Shown: piece by piece, positions 56,793 through 64,000 of the stretch
How positions within the stretch are numbered: the stretch's first letter is position 1
How the letters are laid out: each line of letters starts with the position of its first letter
Source of the DNA: a virus
Taxonomy: Duplodnaviria > Caudoviricetes
Virus record (IMG/VR): IMGVR_UViG_3300032335_000777
Span: 45,984-109,983 of that record
DNA: 64,000 nucleotides
Strand: one strand, 5' to 3'
The notes under the pieces: model-generated
Seen by the model: only the letters and a program-made list of their open reading frames with translations
Told to the model about the DNA's origin: nothing
Databases searched by the model: none
Translations under genes and position numbers: made by a program

Positions 56793-57596
56793 ATGTCAAC
56801 TTATTCAACAACTAAATATTTTCTCACAGGTACGGAACTTCCTAAAGAAACAAGAACATATAAGCCTGTTTCACATGGTCAACTAATTGACCTCACCCTG
56901 GAGAGCATTCATCAAGCAGGATTTAAGCTTGAATCAGAAAAGTATTCTGCTGCAAGAGATGGTAATGTCGCTAATGGTAGATTTACAATCAGCAACGTAG
57001 CTGATAAAGAGATGCAGCTACAGATTGGCTGGCAGAACAGCTATGACAAGAGTCTTAGCTTAAAGTTTGCTATTGGTACACAAATCATCGTTTGTGAAAA
57101 CGGAATGGTTAGTGGTGATTATGGTGCATTCAAAAGAAAGCATCAGGGAGATGTGCAAGAGTTTACACCAAGTGCTATTATAGAATACATTAAAGCTGCT
57201 GGTGATGGATTTAGAAAGATGCAGAATGAGCGTGAGCTTATGAAACATGTTCAGATTGATGCTCGTGTAACAGCTGAACTTGTAGGAAGAATGATTCTTG
57301 AGAAAGAATTTATTGAGTCTACACAAGTGAACATCATCAAGCGTGAATTGAAGAAACCAACGTTTGACTATGGTGCTCCAGAAAGCTTATGGGAGTTGTA
57401 TCAATACACTACGTATGCTATGAAAGATGTGCATCCTACATTATGGATGGGTAATCACGTTGATGCTCACGAGTTCTTTGTGAATGCATCTGGTGAGATA
57501 AAGGGTAAATCAGTTAACATATCATTTGAAGAGTCGACAGTTAGGAGACAGTTGACAATCTTTGATCAATTAGAAGAAGCATATGTTGTGGGATAA
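56793..57596 (+). CDS. DUF932/DUF945-family protein
   Basis: TYKPVSH, NSYDKS, VCENG, RKH, SLWELYQ..T. Confidence 0.75.
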   Translation: MSTYSTTKYFLTGTELPKETRTYKPVSHGQLIDLTLESIHQAGFKLESEKYSAARDGNVANGRFTISNVADKEMQLQIGWQNSYDKSLSLKFAIGTQIIVCENGMVSGDYGAFKRKHQGDVQEFTPSAIIEYIKAAGDGFRKMQNERELMKHVQIDARVTAELVGRMILEKEFIESTQVNIIKRELKKPTFDYGAPESLWELYQYTTYAMKDVHPTLWMGNHVDAHEFFVNASGEIKGKSVNISFEESTVRRQLTIFDQLEEAYVVG

Positions 57597-58299
57597 ATTC
57601 AAAGACCACTTTCATGAAAGTTGGCATGATGTAATGCGTCCATTTATTGAAAGCGAGGATTGTGATGTTATCTATGAACATTTGAAAACAGAATCTAGGA
57701 GGGGTAAGAAAATTGCCCCTCTTTCTTCTGTTACCTATCGATGTTTTAAAGTAACACCTTTGAATGAAATGAAGGTGGTGCTCTTAGGTATGTGTCCTTA
57801 TCACACGCAGTTAAATGGCCTGCCAGTAGCAGATGGCTTATTAATGGGATGTTCTGTTACAGATAAGCTTCAACCCTCTCTAGAGCAGTTTTACAATGCT
57901 GTAGAGAGAGATTGTTACAAAGGATTAAATCTGAAATACAAGAAAAACACTAATGTAGAATATCTAGCTGAGCAAGGCGTATTAATGCTTAACGCAGCTC
58001 TCACTACAGAAATCAATAAAGCTGGTTCTCATTTGAAAATATGGGAACCGTTTATCAAGTATGTATTTGAGAATGCTATTGCTTCAAGCAGAGTGCCTGT
58101 TGTATTTCTAGGTAAAGAAGCTAGCAAGTTTAAGCGTTACATGCCTCCATTAACATGGTCCTTTGAATTGAGTCACCCAGCTAGTGCTTCTTATAAGAAC
58201 ACTGATTGGGATTCAGAAGGTGTATTCACAAAAGTGAATAGAGTGCTATTAGATGAAAAGAAAACACAAATTCATTGGTTAGATGACCTTCCATTTTAA
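57583..58299 (+). CDS. ung: Uracil-DNA glycosylase family 1 homologue with altered active site
   Basis: KVVLLGMCPYH, ADGL, PSL, QGVLMLNAALT, GSH..W, FLGKEA, HPAS. Confidence 0.85.
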   Translation: MLWDKFKDHFHESWHDVMRPFIESEDCDVIYEHLKTESRRGKKIAPLSSVTYRCFKVTPLNEMKVVLLGMCPYHTQLNGLPVADGLLMGCSVTDKLQPSLEQFYNAVERDCYKGLNLKYKKNTNVEYLAEQGVLMLNAALTTEINKAGSHLKIWEPFIKYVFENAIASSRVPVVFLGKEASKFKRYMPPLTWSFELSHPASASYKNTDWDSEGVFTKVNRVLLDEKKTQIHWLDDLPF

Positions 58300-58311
58300 A
58301 CAAAACACATT

Positions 58312-58611
58312 ATGATAACAGAACTAATTAATCCAGAAGACTTAGAACCAGGAGATGTAATCATCTATCCTTGTCTAAGTGAAGTTAGAACAGCGAAGAT
58401 TGTAAAAAAGCCTACTAAGGTTATAAGTAGTGGTGGACAATATCACTATTACAAAACAACTAGATGTCTGGTGAATGTAAAGTATAAACCTGTTACTGGA
58501 TACAATCCAAATAATCGTTCTTATACAGAGCAACAGTTCAGTATTGACGAGTTTAATGTAACCAAGTATATAAGATTTTCTAATCCTGTACTTAAAGTGA
58601 TTGATAAATAA
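58312..58611 (+). CDS. Hypothetical SH3/KOW-like protein
   Basis: EDLEPGDVII, beta-rich. Confidence 0.5.
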   Translation: MITELINPEDLEPGDVIIYPCLSEVRTAKIVKKPTKVISSGGQYHYYKTTRCLVNVKYKPVTGYNPNNRSYTEQQFSIDEFNVTKYIRFSNPVLKVIDK

Positions 58612-58623
58612 ATATAAAAGCAA

Positions 58624-60939
58624 ATGATACTAGAAAAACAAAAAGAAGCAATGGTTTTCGCTGATGGCGAAATAAACGAATCAATTGGAATGTCCCTAGA
58701 CTTAGATTCTGCTCAGATTTTGATGCAGATGTTAAGTAAGAATCTCTATTCAGATTCAATAGGCTCAACTATCAGAGAGTGTGCAAGTAATGCACTAGAT
58801 AGTCACAGAAGAGCTGGTGTGGAAGATCCAATTGTTGTAAGTTTTAAACTAGATGACAATAACAACTACTACTTCTCTGTAGAAGATTTTGGTGTTGGTC
58901 TAAATGATGATGATGTGAGGAACATCATTAGTAAGTATGGTAAGTCTACCAAACGTAACTCTAATACAGAATTGGGCATGATGGGGCTTGGCTTTAAAGC
59001 GCCTCTTGCTTATTCATCTAGTTTCTATTTCATCTGTCGTAAAGACAACATAGAACGTAAGTATATGATGTACGAAGGTGAGGACACAAACACTATCGAT
59101 CGTCTGTATGAAAGACCTACAGCTGAAGGAAATGGTGTTAAGGTGATTATTCCAGTTAAATGGAGTGATAGAAACAGCTTCTATAGTAAGATTCAAGAGC
59201 AGCTAGCTTATTTTGATAGCGTGTATCTTGATGTTACAGCAGCTGGACATAGTTTGAATAACAAATTCACCATCTATCGTAGTGAGCACTTTCAGTATTC
59301 TGAAATGTCAAAGGATGATTACCTCCACATTTGTTTGGACAACGTATATTATCCACTAGACTTTAACAAGCTTGGTATTTCTAATTTAGAGTTTCCTGTA
59401 GCATTGAGATTTAGTTTGACTGATGGGATATTTCCTACACCAAACAGAGAAGCTATCAGATATACACAAGAAGCTAAGGACATTATTCTAGAAAGACTAG
59501 GACAAATGTCTGACTTCTTCGTAGAGAAATACAATCGTGAGATGGGAAACTGCACTACATTCAATCAGGTGATAGAGTATTACACCAGCAAGAAGAGAAG
59601 TGTAGAGATTATTCCTGGTAAGTCTTTGAACGTTGGTTACCTATCTGTATTCAGCAATGTTGTAATTAACGAGCCTAAGATGGAAGGTGTAAAACATCTT
59701 GATCTAAGAAAGCTTGTTGATAAGAGCGATTACATTCTAAATGAGTATGCTGTAACATACACTCTCAACAGAGGAAAGTTCAAAGAAGTAAAAAGTGGAA
59801 GCTATGAATCAAACATTATTAGAAACAATGTCATGGGTAATAACACATACATGTATTCTTCTAGGATCTCAGAGCTGAAGAAGTCGTATCTAAGAACTTA
59901 TTTGCAGAATGGTACATATAGCAATTATTACTTTGTGAAGAGAACAGGAACGTTCTCTTTGTTTAATAAAAGCGATGGTTCTAGTTATATCAAAAGTTTG
60001 AAACGTAATGATAACTACTATCAACTGCTAGATCTTTCTAAGATTAACAGAGAACACTGGAGAGAAGCAATCATAGAGTTTCAGGGTATTGTGAAATCTA
60101 TGATTTCTGGATTTAAGAATCTTGATGATGTTGTTATTCCAGATAGCTTCATTCAGTCTAGAAAACAGGTTAACTTAAAAAAGAATGGTGGTACTAGACG
60201 TGAGAAGTTGGCTGGTGATATCATTGTCAAGAAGGCAGCTCCACTAGAAAGATATGTTGATGGTAAGCATTGTAAGTTTGTTGCTGACACGTGGTCTTTG
60301 AAAGAGATAGCAAAGAAGAAAACTCTAATAGTGTACAGTCATCATGATGATAGCCTGAAGCTTGATAAGCTATATGGTATCACTTATGGTAAAATGAACA
60401 TCACTATAATCTCTCTGTCAACCAAAGAGATGAAGGTGCTTGAAGAACTAGAGTTGAACAATGTAATGTCTTATTCAAAATTTATGGAAGGTACAAACAA
60501 ACCATTCAAGAAGCTTGTCACTGCTTATGTGATTAATAAGCTAATGGCCGATCAAGCGTATGTTTTCAGAAAATCTAATTATCTGAAAAATATATCAAGT
60601 GAGCTAATGAATAAGCTATCATTGCTTGAAGACTACAGAAACAAGAACTATAGAGATGGGTCCATTGAGATTTATACAGCTATGCTTGAATTAGCACAAG
60701 AGAAGAACCTTTTCGATTACAGTATATACCATGAGTATATACGTATGAAAGAAACTCTCGAGAGGTTGTATTTTCTAAATGCTCTTCTAGGATCACTTAA
60801 TTTCTACACTTATAATACTAGTATGTCTCCAGGTGTTGAGAGAGCTATGGTGGACTTGATGAAGTATCACAAATTCAAAGTGAATCTTGATCATTACACT
60901 CGTCTTGAAGAGGATAAATTAGAAGAACAATTTTGTTAA
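58624..60939 (+). CDS. rIIA: rIIA-like protein (N-terminal GHKL ATPase)
   Basis: LYSD...IRE..SNALDSH, VEDFGVGL, YGKSTKR.SN..G.MGLGFKAPLAY, PNREAI. Confidence 0.9.
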   Translation: MILEKQKEAMVFADGEINESIGMSLDLDSAQILMQMLSKNLYSDSIGSTIRECASNALDSHRRAGVEDPIVVSFKLDDNNNYYFSVEDFGVGLNDDDVRNIISKYGKSTKRNSNTELGMMGLGFKAPLAYSSSFYFICRKDNIERKYMMYEGEDTNTIDRLYERPTAEGNGVKVIIPVKWSDRNSFYSKIQEQLAYFDSVYLDVTAAGHSLNNKFTIYRSEHFQYSEMSKDDYLHICLDNVYYPLDFNKLGISNLEFPVALRFSLTDGIFPTPNREAIRYTQEAKDIILERLGQMSDFFVEKYNREMGNCTTFNQVIEYYTSKKRSVEIIPGKSLNVGYLSVFSNVVINEPKMEGVKHLDLRKLVDKSDYILNEYAVTYTLNRGKFKEVKSGSYESNIIRNNVMGNNTYMYSSRISELKKSYLRTYLQNGTYSNYYFVKRTGTFSLFNKSDGSSYIKSLKRNDNYYQLLDLSKINREHWREAIIEFQGIVKSMISGFKNLDDVVIPDSFIQSRKQVNLKKNGGTRREKLAGDIIVKKAAPLERYVDGKHCKFVADTWSLKEIAKKKTLIVYSHHDDSLKLDKLYGITYGKMNITIISLSTKEMKVLEELELNNVMSYSKFMEGTNKPFKKLVTAYVINKLMADQAYVFRKSNYLKNISSELMNKLSLLEDYRNKNYRDGSIEIYTAMLELAQEKNLFDYSIYHEYIRMKETLERLYFLNALLGSLNFYTYNTSMSPGVERAMVDLMKYHKFKVNLDHYTRLEEDKLEEQFC

Positions 60940-60960
60940 TTAATTAAAAATCAATAACTT

Positions 60961-60990
60961 AAGGGAGGCTTAGTCCTCCCTTTTTCATTT
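60961..60990 (+). terminator. Intrinsic terminator
   Basis: AAGGGAGG/CCUCCCUU stem then U run. Confidence 0.75.
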
Positions 60991-61007
60991 AAAACCAAAA
61001 CAAAACT

Positions 61008-62489
61008 ATGTCAATTTTCACACTAGATTGGTTCAAATCCAACGCAAAAAGAATGCTTGATAATCTAAAGATAGAAGAACAAGCATTGAAGAATAGTTTA
61101 CTAAGAAGAGAACTAGAAACTTCTTTCAAGCCATACGAGAAACTTAAACTCGTTAACGATGTACTCACAGTTGTTTTGAAAGATGGGGAAGTGTTATCTA
61201 AGCCATCATGTACAGTTGATGACTTTAACGATGTAAAGAATGCTAACAATGAAATTGAAATCATTGCATTGTTTAACAAGAAGCTTTCCACTGATGAGAT
61301 GGTTAAAGAAGTGAAGCAGCAAAAGGTTCTTGCAGACATTTCTTCAAAACTAGAAATGCTATCCAGAATGCAAGACTTTGATGTTGTAGATGGATCTGTA
61401 AAACTGAAGGGTATTAACAGAACAATGCCACAGCTTCTTGTAGAGAAGTTTATTGAGGTGATTTCTCTTTATCAAACTGAAGGTGGTGATCCACATGAAG
61501 ATGTTTACAAAGACGAAGAATATCTTTCATTGAAGAGATTCTTCATGTGGTGCTGCTTGAATCCTCGTGCTGAGGTAGCTGATGAGTTGTACAGATTCCT
61601 TGTAGAAAACAGCTTCAGGATAACTAAACAAGGCTTCTTTGTAGCTCTAAGAAACGTTGTTACACTACATGGCTCAAACGAACTTGTTAAGTTTGTTAGT
61701 GAGGTGTACACAAAGATTAAAGCTGTATGGAAGAAAAGTCCTAATCACTATCATGTTATTCTTTCTCCTGATGGAGAGTACAAGTTCATGCATTACACTG
61801 AAATGACAAAGGAATACACTGATACCTGTGACACTTGTGGTGGTACAGGAGACTGGTATGATGATGAGGAGGAAGAATATGTAACATGTTATGAGTGTGA
61901 TGGAGAAGGAGAAGTTACTTACACTGATAGAAACTATGAGGGTACAGACCTAGGAGTTCTTACAGATTTGTATTTAGATCTTCCAAACAGAGCAGAGAAT
62001 AGATTTACAGATGACTGGACAAAAACATTTGACATTCGCATTGGTCAAATTGTGAAGATGCCTATGGAAGACTGTAACTGGTCTACACAGGATTGTGCTG
62101 CTGCTGGTCTTCACTTCACTGCTGATCAAATTCACTATGTAGGATGTGGTGATCAATCTGTATTGATGCTCATTAACCCTATGAAGGTTGTTGGTATTGG
62201 TACAGCAAAGGGTAGATGCTATGAGTATCTTCCAATCTCCACTGTATCTAGAGAAGAAGCAACACAAATTCTTCATGACTTAGACTTTAATACAATTGAT
62301 TTAGATGAGTATTATGTAGAAAGCGAACTTGATTTTCTATCTGAAAAAGCACAAGCAGCATTTGCTGAAGAGGCTAAGAAGTATGAATTCAATTTGCCTT
62401 CTATTTCTTCTTCTGAAATAGGCAAGATTGTCAACTCTCTAAAGAAGATGAAAGACGAGCTTGGTGGTAGAGTTAAAGAAGTTGTATAA
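61008..62489 (+). CDS. rIIB: rIIB-like protein with inserted Zn finger
   Basis: LNP....ELYRFL....ITKQG.FVA.R.V, IG..VKM, CAAAGLH, INP..VV; follows rIIA. Confidence 0.8.
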   Translation: MSIFTLDWFKSNAKRMLDNLKIEEQALKNSLLRRELETSFKPYEKLKLVNDVLTVVLKDGEVLSKPSCTVDDFNDVKNANNEIEIIALFNKKLSTDEMVKEVKQQKVLADISSKLEMLSRMQDFDVVDGSVKLKGINRTMPQLLVEKFIEVISLYQTEGGDPHEDVYKDEEYLSLKRFFMWCCLNPRAEVADELYRFLVENSFRITKQGFFVALRNVVTLHGSNELVKFVSEVYTKIKAVWKKSPNHYHVILSPDGEYKFMHYTEMTKEYTDTCDTCGGTGDWYDDEEEEYVTCYECDGEGEVTYTDRNYEGTDLGVLTDLYLDLPNRAENRFTDDWTKTFDIRIGQIVKMPMEDCNWSTQDCAAAGLHFTADQIHYVGCGDQSVLMLINPMKVVGIGTAKGRCYEYLPISTVSREEATQILHDLDFNTIDLDEYYVESELDFLSEKAQAAFAEEAKKYEFNLPSISSSEIGKIVNSLKKMKDELGGRVKEVV

Positions 62490-62571
62490 TTTCATCTTAA
62501 TGTAATAGTTGAAAAATACTATTATATTAGCCAACAAACTCATGTGGGTTTGTTGGAAAAGGATTAAAAAG

Positions 62572-62973
62572 ATGAAAAAGAAAGTAGTAAAAAGAAAAAC
62601 TAGTTTAAAGATTAAACCAAGAAATGCTGGAACAATGACAGAGAGTGCATTCTGGTCATTCATACGAAGTGCTTTGAGACAAAAGTCTAGATGGTGGAAG
62701 CCTATCACGCTCTGCAAAGAGAATGCTAAGCGTAGCTATCATGGACCAAACAAAAGACAGAAGTATGAATATCAATGTAACTGCTGTAAAGGATGGTTTC
62801 CTGCAACATCTATAAATGTTGATCACATTGTTCCAGCTGGAAGTCTTCAGAGAGCTAAAGATCTTCCAGAATTTGTTGAAAAATTGTTTTGTGAAGTGGA
62901 CAATTTGCAAGTTCTTTGCAAGGATTGTCACGATATCAAGACAGTTGATGACATAAAAGGATTAAGTAAATAG
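62572..62973 (+). CDS. HNH endonuclease
   Basis: YQCNCC...VDHI...NLQVLCKDCHDIKT; start probably ATG 62572. Confidence 0.85.
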   Translation: MKKKVVKRKTSLKIKPRNAGTMTESAFWSFIRSALRQKSRWWKPITLCKENAKRSYHGPNKRQKYEYQCNCCKGWFPATSINVDHIVPAGSLQRAKDLPEFVEKLFCEVDNLQVLCKDCHDIKTVDDIKGLSK

Positions 62974-63001
62974 TACATAGATTGGTTGATTTCTAACAAA
63001 A

Positions 63002-63030
63002 GCCTTCCCTCATTGGGGGAAGGTTTTTTT
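63002..63030 (+). terminator. Intrinsic terminator
   Basis: GCCUUCCCU-CAUU-GGGGGAAGGU then U run. Confidence 0.85.
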
Positions 63031-63061
63031 ATTTGTAATTTCTAACTAAAATGATTATTTT

Positions 63062-63301
63062 ATGATATCAATTAACAAGCAGCCATCATTCACAGAAGTG
63101 TGGCATGAAGGACATGTGGAACATGATGGAGAAATACATAGATTCTGGCTTATATATCCACAGGGAGTTGATCTGAATGGACACGAGTATGAGATGGAGG
63201 TGAGGTGGTTTTTCCAGAGAGTGCCCAGAGAAGTGAGGGCAATGTATCCACTAATTATTAATGCATTTAAACAAAAACTACATGATACAGGGACAAAGTA
63301 A
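63062..63301 (+). CDS. Hypothetical protein
   Basis: 79 aa, overlaps the next gene. Confidence 0.6.
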   Translation: MISINKQPSFTEVWHEGHVEHDGEIHRFWLIYPQGVDLNGHEYEMEVRWFFQRVPREVRAMYPLIINAFKQKLHDTGTK

Positions 63302-64000
63302 AACAGAATCTAACTACAGAGCTATTCAGACTGATAGCTCTAGTTCATTGAAAGAGTTTTCAATTGACAGAAAGAAATATCACAAGAAGTATGTTCTTGG
63401 AGAACGTGTGGAAGAAAAGGACAACCAGGCTGCAACAATTGGCAGACTTGTTGAAACGCTTCTTCTAGAGCCTGAATTGTTCGACCAAAGATTCTACATG
63501 TCTTCTTGTACAAGCACACCAACAGGACTAATGCTAGACTTTGTAGAAGCTTTGTACAAGTTCACTAAAGAAGCAACAGATGATTTTGGTGTTGTTACAA
63601 GAACATTTGATGAACTAACAAAAGATGCTTATCTAGAATCAGGATTCAAGATTAAGATTGAGCAGGTGATTAGTAAGTTTGTAGGTACTGACGCTGAGGT
63701 GTATTACAATGAGATCAGAAAGGTGAGATCACAAAACTTGACAGTGATTAACAGTAACGATGTCACAAATGCTGAAAGAATTGTGACAGAATTGAGAAAC
63801 AACATTGTCACAAAAGATGTCATCAATCTAACCAGTGACGTTAGATATACTGTTCTGAATCAGTATCAAGTGGATTCGTATACAGTAGATGGTCACGTAT
63901 TCAAGAGTATGTTTGACAAGCTTGTTGTTGATCACGACAAACAAACTGTGCAGGCGTATGATTTAAAATGTACATGGAGTGTAGAAAACTTCTATGATGA
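63282..64000 (+). CDS. PD-(D/E)XK exonuclease (RecE/Cas4-like), 3' partial
   Basis: ATG 63282, open to the window end; DSSSSLKEF, IGRLVETLL, FKSMFDKLVVD...YDLKCT. Confidence 0.75.
   Translation, partial: MIQGQSKTESNYRAIQTDSSSSLKEFSIDRKKYHKKYVLGERVEEKDNQAATIGRLVETLLLEPELFDQRFYMSSCTSTPTGLMLDFVEALYKFTKEATDDFGVVTRTFDELTKDAYLESGFKIKIEQVISKFVGTDAEVYYNEIRKVRSQNLTVINSNDVTNAERIVTELRNNIVTKDVINLTSDVRYTVLNQYQVDSYTVDGHVFKSMFDKLVVDHDKQTVQAYDLKCTWSVENFYD

Noticed and set aside
40915-63522. Minus-strand ORFs in the early/replication arm
   Set aside because: Antisense to tightly packed, motif-supported + strand genes or RNA elements
1-64000. Stop-codon reassignment as in some crAss-like phages
   Set aside because: Core genes are full length in the standard code and TAG/TGA serve as real stops
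1-64000. CRISPR array, diversity-generating retroelement, integrase or transposase
   Set aside because: No repeat-spacer periodicity, reverse transcriptase or recombinase motifs seen; repeats are coding low-complexity or two-copy

Overview
This window is a 64 kb fragment of a crAss-like (Crassvirales-type) phage, standard genetic code, probably infecting an environmental Bacteroidota host (canonical TTTG-N21-TATATTTG promoter at 40394-40426). Positions 1-40375 form a leftward virion block: a giant ejected protein with virion RNA polymerase motifs (>2589 aa, runs off the left edge, absent from the ORF track), cargo proteins, a split muzzle protein with poly-Thr tracts, ring/hub/fibre proteins, auxiliary and major capsid proteins, scaffold-like protein, portal, terminase, HU-like and HTH genes. 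After a GC-rich strand switch (40440-40610) comes a rightward early region of small genes (40.6-47.7 kb) dense in structured non-coding elements, then a replication module: PolB, DnaB, SF2 helicase, Sak4-like ATPase, SSB, primase, DUF932, UDG, rIIA/rIIB, HNH and a PD-(D/E)XK nuclease running off the right edge. The most notable observations are: (1) an apparent RNA-level control layer made of a twister-like ribozyme with a ~106-nt insert, a tRNA-Leu-like RNA without an anticodon loop, a mini-tRNA-like element after the capsid gene, and terminator-linked hairpins whose UUGGUU loops are complementary to an AAACCAA motif in several gene leaders; (2) cargo proteins divided into modules by a recurring hydrophobic-x-x-G-G motif; (3) a UDG whose catalytic GQDPY motif reads GMCPY. 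All assignments come from reading motifs by eye; no searches or folding programs were run.
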